This document shows, one piece after another, positions 9,505 through 18,703 of a stretch of 64,000 bases of DNA; the stretch's first letter is position 1; the number at the start of each line of letters is the position of its first letter. A program made the position numbers and the translations under genes. A model generated the notes under the pieces. That model made no database searches and had not been told where the DNA came from. It was given only the letters and a program-made list of their open reading frames with translations. Origin of the DNA: Fibrobacteria bacterium (GTDB lineage Bacteria; Fibrobacterota; Fibrobacteria; UBA11236); assembly GCA_043745805.1 (NCBI GenBank), contig JAYTSD010000017.1, positions 32,001 to 96,000 on the forward strand, read 5' to 3'.

Positions 9505-10722
9505 GTGATGAATAAGATGTGTGTCTTACTCTTATGTCTCGGACTCTATGTCTTTACTGCGCAAGCTGCTATTAAGCATTCGCGTGCAGAAGGCTTACCA
9601 GAGTTGTTTGCTTCCAACACAGTTGGCTTAGGCGACATTTGGTTGAGTATAGGATTTTCTTCCTATTTCAAAACTTTAACCGTACATAACGATGTGTTGA
9701 CTGCATTAGTAGATAGCAGTTATCAAAAAGACATTCAACGAGTAGTGGGATCTGATTCTAAAGTGCGTAGGGACATTCTGGTTGCTCCTGATCTGCATGG
9801 CATTATCGGCCTCACTAACTTTTTGCATTTAGAAATCACTAATACTCCATGGGATGGTGAAAAAATTGGCGCGACTACAGCGCATTTAAAATTAACGACA
9901 CCAGGTAATGATAATTTGCGCGTGCTGGGTATTGCGATTAGTATGAATGCTACTTTGGCAACTGATGAGAGTGCAAAGTTAAGTGGGAAGTCAACTCCTG
10001 GCTTTGATCCACAACTTTCGGTTACCGCTATTGCAGATGCCGATCTTATAAAATGGTGGCCGAGTTTTCCTATGAAGCTTTATTTCAATTATTCAAATTT
10101 AGATGAAGTGCGTTTAGCGCATACCTATGAACAACATGTTTTTCAAGTGGCATGGGAATATAAAAGCGAAAAAGTGGGCTATTATGTAAAGGCCGGTGCT
10201 TATTTGTATAAGCCATTACCAAACCCCAGCGATTCTATGACTAAGCTGAATTATCTTCCGTTATTTTATGACATTGGATTTGGCTATAAGAAAAATGTAT
10301 TGGATAAATTTTCTTGCGTGGCAGGTGCCAGTATCGATTTGTTTAAGCCCTTCGCCTTCTATTCGAGCGAAAGTCATAAATCGCCAAAATTATTTTTCCA
10401 AATTACTGGACCGCTCTGGCAACAAGAAACTCGCGCGGAAGCTATTCGGGCTTTGATTTTTCATGAACAGAAACGCAATAAAGTAAAAACGCAAAAAGCA
10501 GATCAAAAAAATATTTCAACTGACAGCAAAAACGATTCAACTATGGCTACACCGGCTTTGCAGGGCGTACAAATGGAAGACATACTCGGCACGCAAAGTG
10601 TGCAAGATGTTAAAGAAAAGAATTTAATGCAGGACGTATTTGAGGATGAAGCCAGTGATTTACTAGAAAAACGTAAACAAATTCGCGGGGAGTTAAAACA
10701 AATTGAGGAGCAGTTAGAATGA
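9505..10722 (+). CDS. Exported putative outer-membrane beta-barrel protein with C-terminal coiled-coil tail (paralog 1)
   Basis: Signal peptide ending AQA; alternating hydrophobic/aromatic strands (YDIGFGYK, GYYVKAGAY); charged helical C-terminus; shares motifs with the next ORF. Confidence 0.5.
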   Translation: MMNKMCVLLLCLGLYVFTAQAAIKHSRAEGLPELFASNTVGLGDIWLSIGFSSYFKTLTVHNDVLTALVDSSYQKDIQRVVGSDSKVRRDILVAPDLHGIIGLTNFLHLEITNTPWDGEKIGATTAHLKLTTPGNDNLRVLGIAISMNATLATDESAKLSGKSTPGFDPQLSVTAIADADLIKWWPSFPMKLYFNYSNLDEVRLAHTYEQHVFQVAWEYKSEKVGYYVKAGAYLYKPLPNPSDSMTKLNYLPLFYDIGFGYKKNVLDKFSCVAGASIDLFKPFAFYSSESHKSPKLFFQITGPLWQQETRAEAIRALIFHEQKRNKVKTQKADQKNISTDSKNDSTMATPALQGVQMEDILGTQSVQDVKEKNLMQDVFEDEASDLLEKRKQIRGELKQIEEQLE

Positions 10723-11978
10723 AAAAAATACTGTATTTATTCATTTTGTGCCTAGCCTGTATTTGCCCTTTGAAAACACATGCTGAAGCGAAACGCTTAC
10801 GTCATGAAGGTTTGTTTGCTTCACAATCTTCGTCTACTTCAGGACGAGGTAACTTAATAGTTACTGCATTTGGAAGAAGTTTTTTATGGGACAATAACGC
10901 TGCGCAAAAGATTCCGCCTACTTTACCTCATTTGGAAATTAATTATGGGGTTACGGATTATCTCGATATTATGGCAGGCACAGGATTGGTGAGTTATACG
11001 CTTCAACCGGGAGAAGTCTATCTGCGTGCAAAAATGACTACACCGGATAATAAAATGATTCGTCTTTTTGCATTTTCACAAATAGTGGAAGTGAATAAAA
11101 ACCTTTCGAATTTTTTTCCTTCTAATGGCTATCGCGTGCAAAATGAGGGTTTTGGTCCCGAAGGATTTATCTATGGAAACTCATCCTTTTTTAATTCGTA
11201 TAAATTCACTACAGCTTTGGATTTAGAATTGATTCGACTCTCTTCATATTTGCCTTTCAAGTTCTACCTGAATTTAGGTATTACAGGTGAATGGGATTCT
11301 TGGATTGAAAAACGCAATCAAAAAGATGCACTTCAAGGCCATTATCAAGCTAGGGATCAAAGCTTTGCTAAAGTGCCGATGAGCTTAGGCTTAGAATTAA
11401 AAACTTATGATTCGGATTTCTTTGTAGAAGTTTCGGGCGAACCTTTTGTCGGTAATGTGAATTCGGAGTTGCAATATTGGTTTGGATCGCGCAAAGAAGG
11501 CGGATGGACACGCTTTCAAATAGGTAACGACAATGGTTCGGCTAAAAATTTTGACGTGCATATTTTTGAAACACCTTGGTATGCCCATGCAGGTACCCGA
11601 GTGAAATATGAAAATGGTTTAACTTTAACGGGCGGATTTTCTTGGTTACTGAGTACCAATCGAGGAGCTGAATTAGGATCTTGCCGTCCTGCATCAAATG
11701 CTTGCCGGGATGAAGGGGTAACGGATGGTTTTTCACCTTTTTATCCGCAGTGGAAAGTTTTTGGACAAATTGAATTTCCCATAATGTTTACCCAACCGTC
11801 AAGTGAATTGTATCGATCCTTTATGCTAAAGCGTTATGAAGAAAAACGCAAAGTAGTAGATGTTGATCAAACTTTGAAAAATACTTCGGCTACGGTGGAA
11901 TCAGATTTAGAAAAAAGAGAAAAGAAATTACAAGAGCGCAGGAAGGAGGCTGACGATCAAAATATTCCTCTTAATTAG
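10719..11978 (+). CDS. Exported putative outer-membrane beta-barrel protein with C-terminal coiled-coil tail (paralog 2)
   Basis: Signal peptide ending THA; LEINYGVTDYLDI and GLTLTGGFSW strands; ATGA overlap with paralog 1. Confidence 0.5.
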   Translation: MKKILYLFILCLACICPLKTHAEAKRLRHEGLFASQSSSTSGRGNLIVTAFGRSFLWDNNAAQKIPPTLPHLEINYGVTDYLDIMAGTGLVSYTLQPGEVYLRAKMTTPDNKMIRLFAFSQIVEVNKNLSNFFPSNGYRVQNEGFGPEGFIYGNSSFFNSYKFTTALDLELIRLSSYLPFKFYLNLGITGEWDSWIEKRNQKDALQGHYQARDQSFAKVPMSLGLELKTYDSDFFVEVSGEPFVGNVNSELQYWFGSRKEGGWTRFQIGNDNGSAKNFDVHIFETPWYAHAGTRVKYENGLTLTGGFSWLLSTNRGAELGSCRPASNACRDEGVTDGFSPFYPQWKVFGQIEFPIMFTQPSSELYRSFMLKRYEEKRKVVDVDQTLKNTSATVESDLEKREKKLQERRKEADDQNIPLN

Positions 11979-14900
11979 CCTCTGCATTTTATGCGGGGTT
12001 AATGTATTAATGCCTCAACAGGCATTTGCGCAACTGTCGCCACAGGAAGAAACACACCTGTGGGCCAAGGCTAATCTATTGGCTGAACAATTGCGAGAGG
12101 AAAAAAAGAAATGGTCAGTATTAGCAGAAGAGTTAGAACGTTTAAAATTTATGGGTGAAGATTATCGCGATTTACAATTGATTCCTAGTCAAATAACACT
12201 GCTCTCAAAAGACGAAGAAGTGCAGTTGGATAAGCGCATTGAGCAAGTGGAAAAACGTCATGCCGATTATCGTAATCAATTACATGACTTAGAAATACCA
12301 CTTAATGATGGTATTTTGGTAGCGCGAGAAATGTTAGAAGGCAATCCGAATACGGATATGATGGAATTAATCTCGCATGATCATTTAGCGCGTGTAGAAA
12401 AATTAATTCGTATTCAAAAAGAGCTTAATCAATTTTGGGATGAAGCTATAGAATTATTAGCGCCCCTGCAAATTAAGATTGGTATTAATCCAGAACGTCA
12501 ACAAGAAGAAGAATATATTAAGGTATTAATGTCGAATATTGGTCGTGCATCCCTGCGCTTCTATCAAAGTTTTAATAATTATAAAGACGGCTTAGCCAAG
12601 CGTGGAACCACTAATGATTGGGAAAAAATGGCTCGTATTGATTTAGGTCGTTTGCAAAAAAGATTGGGATCTCGTAATGCCGAATTAGTTCAACAAGGAT
12701 TGCAACGTTTATGCTTACGCTTTACGGGCAAAATAACTATGGGATCAGGTTATTACTTATTAGGAAATAGTTATTTAGCGCATGCGCAGTATGAGAAAGC
12801 AGCTAGGTCATATGCACGAGTAGAAAACACTAGTCGGAGTTATGCACAAAGTCGTTTGGGTTATTTACAATCTCTATTTGGTGCGCATATGGATGATTCC
12901 TTAGTGTTGGCTTATGGACAGTTTTTGCAAGAAAAAGTATTCGATCAAAAGATGTTTCCTTCAGCCCACTATTTGGCGACACAAAGTTACTACGCCTTAG
13001 GATTGGATTCGGCATTAGAAAGTGAAATGTTACATGATGCGACTAAGGATATTAATCATTATAAATCCTTATTTATTTATGCAAAATCTTTAGTACGGTT
13101 GCATAAGAATAAAGAGGCACGCGCAGTATTGGGGGATTTAAATGCGCAAGCCCAATTGCCACATACATTCCATAATCAAATTCAAATTACCTTAGCGCAT
13201 TTAAGTTATGAAGAAAAATTATATGATCTGGCTTTAAAAGGATATCAAAGCTTATTGGATCAAAATGGATTCCAAGCGGAAGCCTTATATGGCATGATTT
13301 GGAGCAATATTCGCTTAGGGGATATGGATGCTGCGGAATTTATTCTGAAGAAATTGATTGCACAATACCCCAATAATCCCTGGGCTATTGGCGGCTTTAA
13401 TGTATTAGCCCGTAAATTAGCACTCAATGCGGAGAATGCATGGAGTTTAAGCCTGTCCTTGGAAAAAGATAAAGCCCAGTTACAAACGTACAGAAAAAAA
13501 TTACAGAATAGAATTGCAGATCATGCGCTTACGGATGTGGAGGCAAAAAAATTAACTGAAAGATTAAATCAAGCGGAGTCGGCATTATTACAACAACATA
13601 AGGTTCCTATTGAAGATATTTCCAGAATGTATGAACAAGCTTTAGGGCTCTGTGACTTTGTAGAATCGCGTTATCAAACTGGAGAATATACCGATAGAAC
13701 CTATCAACGGGATAGAGAAAATGTGCTACAAAAATTGACGGCTTTAACGAATGAGTCGAGTCCGTCTAATGCAGCAATAGAGGATACCAGTAGTAGTGGT
13801 AGTTTAGCCATGCGTTTAAAAATATTTGAAAATAAATCATTAGCCTTAGATATACGCGTACAACGACGAGCTTGGTTAGAATCGTGGTTAAAATATACGC
13901 AAAGAAAATTAAATGAAGAAATTAATGCCCAGCCTAATGATTCCATAGGCACAGCGAAACAGGCCTATTTACGCAAGCAAACTTTAACCTTGGCCGATCA
14001 GATATCAGAACGCTTAGCCGCTTATAGCGAAGATCTTTTAAATCGCCTCCATCCATTGATGGAAGATCCTGCTTCTTATTCAATTCGCGATTGGTTGCTA
14101 TTCCAAAATGGTTTGTTGAATTATGAACAAGCGGAAAATACTTTGAAAAAACAATGGGCTGCTACGCAATGGTTAGATGCGCAAGGCATTAATAAAGAAG
14201 CGCAATCTACTATTGATTTTATGAGTTATGAAAAACCATGGGAAGAATTATTAGAAAAAAATCCACATTCAGCATATGCGGCAGCAACATTGTATTTCTT
14301 AGGCTTTTCACAAACCGCACGTGGAGAAGCGACAAAGGGCATTCATTCCTTTGAAATGTTGGCGCAGAGTTTCCCTAAATCGTATTATACACAGCAAGCC
14401 TTGGTATTTATTGGAGAATATTTCTTCCGCGAAAACAATTTAATTCGTGCCGAAGAAGCCTTCGATAAAGTATTAGACTTCCCCGATTCCAAATATTTTG
14501 AGCAAGCCCTTTATAAATTAGCTTGGACACGTTTCCGTTCTAGTTCTTATAAGACGGCAATAAGTTCATTCACTTATATCTTAGAAGAATCCTCAACTAA
14601 AGGAAAAATGGAAGGCAAAACTGAGAAGAAAAGTCAGCTTACACAGGAAGCTTTGCAATTCGCGGCTTTGAGTATTGCTGAAGGTGACACCAGTGGAGAC
14701 GGTGGTTTGGGAGCAACTCAAGTTTTTGCTAAAAAATTAGGCGATGGTAAATTGGGTGCTAAGTTAACCCACCGCATGGCAGTTATTTATGCCCAACAAG
14801 GACGTTTGGAAAGAGCTAAAAAAGCTTTGGAAACTTTATTCAAAGATTATCCGGACTATGAAAATTTACCGCAGGCAATGATGGAAATGTCACAGGCATT

Positions 14901-15360
14901 TGATAAAGAACAAAATTATGCAAAGGCTATTGAAGTGCGAGAAGCACTTTTCAGACAATATCATAAAGGATCACCTTGGTATGAAAAACAAACCGTATTA
15001 GCTATTAAAGCGCAAGCGGATACCGTAAATCAATTGGCAACCGAAAGAGTGGCAAATAGTTATTTATATGAAGCAACACAAAACAAAAAGAATACTGTAG
15101 AACAGCAAAAGAAATATTTACGCAAAGCAATTAATACCTATGAAAACTTTTTGCAGGTTTATCCAAATCATCCGCAAAGAGCAAAATATATTTATCAAGA
15201 AGCCGAAGCATATTATGGTTTGGATGATTTTGCGGAAGCCTCTAAACAATATATGCGCGTTTCACGAATTGGGGATGCAAAATTAAAAATGACGGCTGCC
15301 TATAATGCTATTGCTGCGGCGCAGGAATTATTAAAGAAATTGGAAGAGGAAAAGAAATGA
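11950..15360 (+). CDS. Large exported TPR protein (GltC-like region plus N-terminal part of a GltD/AgmU-like protein); start codon uncertain (first ATG at 12010)
   Basis: Many TPR motifs (AEALYGMIW, EQALYKLAWTRFR, YLGFSQ...FPKSYY, AAYNAI). An in-frame hydrophobic signal-like stretch lies upstream of the ATG. Confidence 0.75.
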   Translation: MTIKIFLLISLCILCGVNVLMPQQAFAQLSPQEETHLWAKANLLAEQLREEKKKWSVLAEELERLKFMGEDYRDLQLIPSQITLLSKDEEVQLDKRIEQVEKRHADYRNQLHDLEIPLNDGILVAREMLEGNPNTDMMELISHDHLARVEKLIRIQKELNQFWDEAIELLAPLQIKIGINPERQQEEEYIKVLMSNIGRASLRFYQSFNNYKDGLAKRGTTNDWEKMARIDLGRLQKRLGSRNAELVQQGLQRLCLRFTGKITMGSGYYLLGNSYLAHAQYEKAARSYARVENTSRSYAQSRLGYLQSLFGAHMDDSLVLAYGQFLQEKVFDQKMFPSAHYLATQSYYALGLDSALESEMLHDATKDINHYKSLFIYAKSLVRLHKNKEARAVLGDLNAQAQLPHTFHNQIQITLAHLSYEEKLYDLALKGYQSLLDQNGFQAEALYGMIWSNIRLGDMDAAEFILKKLIAQYPNNPWAIGGFNVLARKLALNAENAWSLSLSLEKDKAQLQTYRKKLQNRIADHALTDVEAKKLTERLNQAESALLQQHKVPIEDISRMYEQALGLCDFVESRYQTGEYTDRTYQRDRENVLQKLTALTNESSPSNAAIEDTSSSGSLAMRLKIFENKSLALDIRVQRRAWLESWLKYTQRKLNEEINAQPNDSIGTAKQAYLRKQTLTLADQISERLAAYSEDLLNRLHPLMEDPASYSIRDWLLFQNGLLNYEQAENTLKKQWAATQWLDAQGINKEAQSTIDFMSYEKPWEELLEKNPHSAYAAATLYFLGFSQTARGEATKGIHSFEMLAQSFPKSYYTQQALVFIGEYFFRENNLIRAEEAFDKVLDFPDSKYFEQALYKLAWTRFRSSSYKTAISSFTYILEESSTKGKMEGKTEKKSQLTQEALQFAALSIAEGDTSGDGGLGATQVFAKKLGDGKLGAKLTHRMAVIYAQQGRLERAKKALETLFKDYPDYENLPQAMMEMSQAFDKEQNYAKAIEVREALFRQYHKGSPWYEKQTVLAIKAQADTVNQLATERVANSYLYEATQNKKNTVEQQKKYLRKAINTYENFLQVYPNHPQRAKYIYQEAEAYYGLDDFAEASKQYMRVSRIGDAKLKMTAAYNAIAAAQELLKKLEEEKK

Positions 15361-18089
15361 TAAATTTGTTAATCATTTTATTTTGCCTAGTTTCTTGTAC
15401 ACGGCATCCTGGAAACGAAACAGCAAAATCATTAGTCGTGGAAAATGTGGTGGTTCAGGTGCCAAAAGATGATAGCGTGGTAACGCTTGATTTTCAAATT
15501 AAAAATTTGGATAGCTTGCGTGCTACCTCCGCTTATGCTTCTGATTTATACTTGTTAACCTTAGATAATTTTTTAGAAGTAGGTGGAAAAGATGAGCGTT
15601 TGCCAGAAATTACCATTTGGAAAGCAAATCATTTATATAATCGAAATGCATTTAAAGAAGCTCTAGCGCTTTATCAAAAATTTCAGCAAAAATATCCCGA
15701 TAGTAAATTTAATGGAGAAGCGGGACAAATGATTGCGCAGTGCTATGCGCAATTGGGTCAGAATGATAAGGCGGAAGCTTTTTATCGTGGTTTATTAACA
15801 CAAGGAGACGTGGCGGTACGCGGTGAAGCACAGGCTAGAGTTGCACAAACCTTATATTTACAAGCAGAAAGCGCTGAAAAAAATGGAGATTTAAAAAAGG
15901 CTTCGGATATTTATGCACGGGTTGCAAATGAATTTCCAACGGTGGAAATCTCACCCGTGGCATTATTCAATGCCGGTGTACTACAAGAAAAAATTAAAGA
16001 TTGGAATTCAGCTATTGCCTTATACCATAAATTTTTTGACGCTTATTATTCGAATAATATGTTGCCAAAAGTTTTATTTCGGGAAGCGAAATGCTTTGAA
16101 CAATTAAGTATTTGGGATTCGGTTGCGCAAAAATATACAAATTTAGCTCGCGCATTTCCCAAATCACCTGAAGCAGAATTGGCGGCTTATAATGCTGGTT
16201 TTGCTTTTGCGAATGCACTTAAGCAAAAAGAAGCGGCTTTGGCATTTGAAAATTATGCCAAACAATTTCCGGATAAATCCGAAGCGCCTAATTTATTATT
16301 TCGAGCGGCGGAAATGTATGGCGAATTGAAAGCTTGGGATAAAGTGGGGGAGTTACAGGGATTATTTGCCAAGCGTTATGCCAGCGATAAAACACGTTTG
16401 ATTCAAGCCCTATGTATGGGCGGCATGGCGGCTTTTCAACAAGAACACTTCGAGGAAGCCAAGAGATTATTAGAAAATACCTTAGCTGAATTTTTTAAAC
16501 AAAAATCAATGGATCCCAATTCGCGTTATTATGCCGCGCAAGCGCAACACACTTTAGCAGAAATGGAATGGGGCAATTTCTTAAAAATTTCGTGGACGGA
16601 TAAAAGCAATAATTTTGAAGCGGTATTAAAAAATAAAACCCAACAAATGAAAAAAACCGTTTCGGCCTATTTACATGTATTTGATCTTAAAATTGTGGAT
16701 TGGAGTTTGCGTTCGGCCAACTCCTTAGGAAATGCTTTTGGTAAATATGCAATTGATATTTATGAAGCACCTAGAAAAGCGATTAAAAAGGATCAAGATG
16801 AATGGGAAATTGAAGCAGATACTTATACCGCACTAATTAATACCATGGGGAAGGCTCAAGATCAATTTGCACAGGTATTAGCACTTGCCGAAAAACAAGA
16901 TGTGCATAATATTTGGGTGGATCAAGCGAGACAACAACTAGGAATATTAGCCACACAACTAATTAATATTCATGCCCAAGTTGAGCAGCGTACTTTAAAG
17001 TCGATCCACGAAGAAGATGGGAATTCCGATAAGGCCATTGCCAATGCATTAAAATTAGCTGGCCGAGTGCGCGATATCGCCGAAATTTCTCAAGGGTATT
17101 ATAAAAGTTACCTCGATATAGCCGCAGAAGTCGTTTTGGATAGCGAAGTGAATACTAAGGTAAGTGTTGCCTTGCTGAACAGCTCTTTGTCCTTAGGCCA
17201 AAGTTATCTGAAAGTGGTTACCCTTGCAAGGGGTGCTAACATTCCCAAAAATTTTCAAGCTATGGAAAGTTTTTATTATAAAGCAAAATTGTTGCAAGAA
17301 GGTTTACCCAAATTTGAAAAAGTGGCTATTGAGTATCTTCGCAATGGATTGGAACTTGCTGAATTATATGGATTAGAAGACAGTTTGCGTATTAATAATT
17401 TGAAAAAATCACTGGGAGAAGAATTGTATACTGAGGCTTATGCCCTTGATTTGTTGGGTCAAGAAGCACTTTTGCATCCCCCTATGCCGGAGAAAATTAG
17501 CGAAGTAGAGAAAAAAACCTATAGTGAAAAATTAGAGAATACGGGATATCAATTACAGGATAAGGCCATAGAAAAATATAAGCAAATTGTGGATTTAGCG
17601 ATGGTTAATAAAGTGGATTTACAGTTTGCTAAAAAGGCTTTTGCCCGTCTTTATCAAGTTGAGCCGGATAAATGGTCGAATGACGACAAGCCCATTTACC
17701 CTTGGAATTCCGAATACCCCTCCATGGAAGAAATTCAAAACTTGAGAAACGATCAGCCGGTATTACCAAACTTTCCTCCGGTTTTGCCAGTTACCCAAGC
17801 GAAAGTAAATATGCCAGTAACACCCAAAGTACATGATTCGACTAAATCTGTGAAGGATTCTGTAACAAAAATAGATACCGTAACAAAATCTGTTGCTCAA
17901 GCCATAAAGAATGATACAGTAGAAAAAGTGGATTCTCCCATAAAAGTTGAGTCCATGTTGAAAGTAGATCCGGTAATTAAAAGGGAAGAGAACATTGACA
18001 TTACAAAGTCAATAATTCCCATGCCTGAGGCAATTATTAAAATGGATACAACTGTTAAAGTAGATACGCTAATTAGCGTCGATAAATAA
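15357..18089 (+). CDS. TPR lipoprotein resembling the C-terminal part of GltD/AgmU-like proteins, with low-complexity K-V-D-[ST] tail
   Basis: Lipoprotein signal MINLLIILFCLVSC; TPRs (ALFNAG, AAYNAGFAF, LLFRAAE); W-x4-AN-xLG...YEAP and NIWVDQARQQL motifs. Confidence 0.75.
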   Translation: MINLLIILFCLVSCTRHPGNETAKSLVVENVVVQVPKDDSVVTLDFQIKNLDSLRATSAYASDLYLLTLDNFLEVGGKDERLPEITIWKANHLYNRNAFKEALALYQKFQQKYPDSKFNGEAGQMIAQCYAQLGQNDKAEAFYRGLLTQGDVAVRGEAQARVAQTLYLQAESAEKNGDLKKASDIYARVANEFPTVEISPVALFNAGVLQEKIKDWNSAIALYHKFFDAYYSNNMLPKVLFREAKCFEQLSIWDSVAQKYTNLARAFPKSPEAELAAYNAGFAFANALKQKEAALAFENYAKQFPDKSEAPNLLFRAAEMYGELKAWDKVGELQGLFAKRYASDKTRLIQALCMGGMAAFQQEHFEEAKRLLENTLAEFFKQKSMDPNSRYYAAQAQHTLAEMEWGNFLKISWTDKSNNFEAVLKNKTQQMKKTVSAYLHVFDLKIVDWSLRSANSLGNAFGKYAIDIYEAPRKAIKKDQDEWEIEADTYTALINTMGKAQDQFAQVLALAEKQDVHNIWVDQARQQLGILATQLINIHAQVEQRTLKSIHEEDGNSDKAIANALKLAGRVRDIAEISQGYYKSYLDIAAEVVLDSEVNTKVSVALLNSSLSLGQSYLKVVTLARGANIPKNFQAMESFYYKAKLLQEGLPKFEKVAIEYLRNGLELAELYGLEDSLRINNLKKSLGEELYTEAYALDLLGQEALLHPPMPEKISEVEKKTYSEKLENTGYQLQDKAIEKYKQIVDLAMVNKVDLQFAKKAFARLYQVEPDKWSNDDKPIYPWNSEYPSMEEIQNLRNDQPVLPNFPPVLPVTQAKVNMPVTPKVHDSTKSVKDSVTKIDTVTKSVAQAIKNDTVEKVDSPIKVESMLKVDPVIKREENIDITKSIIPMPEAIIKMDTTVKVDTLISVDK

Positions 18090-18167
18090 TGCCGACTAAA
18101 AAAAAGCGCAAGAAATAGGCCTATATTGTTTCTTTAGATTTGTGTGTATTCCTCCGATAAAGATACT

Positions 18168-18476
18168 ATGCTAAAAAATAAATCTTTAATAAATGCCTTA
18201 TTCATCGTAACTTTAAGTTTCATTTCAGCTTTTGCGACAACAAAAAAAAGCTCGCTACCCTCTAAAAGCAATACTGATAAGCCTGTAGAAGTCATTTCTA
18301 AAATGTCCGAAGAAATTAGTTTTGGAAAAAATTTAGTGGTGGAAGGTAAAGTGGAAAAGCCACAAGTTCAATTCCCACTTGTTAAAGAAGCCCCTCCCGA
18401 GAAGCCAATTCAATTTGAAACTAGCTTTCTTCCCAAAATACTCTATCTCGAAAGAGAGAATACTTTTACAGAATAA
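18168..18476 (+). CDS. Small exported GltF/CglF-like protein
   Basis: Signal peptide ending AFA. The C-terminal ISFGKNLVVEGKVEKPQVQF...ETSFLPKI matches the I/V-EG-xx-x-KP...SFLPxI pattern I recall for GltF/CglF-like proteins. It lies directly after the TPR genes. Confidence 0.6.
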   Translation: MLKNKSLINALFIVTLSFISAFATTKKSSLPSKSNTDKPVEVISKMSEEISFGKNLVVEGKVEKPQVQFPLVKEAPPEKPIQFETSFLPKILYLERENTFTE

Positions 18477-18639
18477 TTTTGAGTGTGTTGATGAATTTGT
18501 TAAAACTCGAGATTTTTGAGTATGCAATTTAATGTCATTGTGCAAGATCAGTGGTAACATAAAATGGCTATTTCATAAAGGAAACGCCATTGCTTAGGCT
18601 TTTTGACAAATGTTTTATAAGGGAAATTAAAGGGAAAAA

Positions 18640-18668
18640 GTGATAAATGTTACACGTAACATTATAGT
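18640..18668 (+). promoter_or_regulatory. Candidate sigma70-type promoter of the giant gene with a perfect inverted repeat in the spacer
   Basis: GTGATA (18640-45), 17-bp spacer, TATAGT (18663-68); palindrome AATGTTAC-AC-GTAACATT at 18646-18663. Confidence 0.45.
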
Positions 18669-18703
18669 TATCAAAGGGAATATCAATTTTCTTCCGGATT
18701 TAT

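Noticed and set aside
15340-15420. Frameshift or pseudogene joining the two TPR ORFs
   Set aside because: ATGA overlap, a purine-rich RBS and a complete lipoprotein signal on the second ORF indicate two real genes.
18603-18631. Perfect TTGACA as the -35 element of the giant gene
   Set aside because: No convincing -10 hexamer at 16-18 bp spacing.
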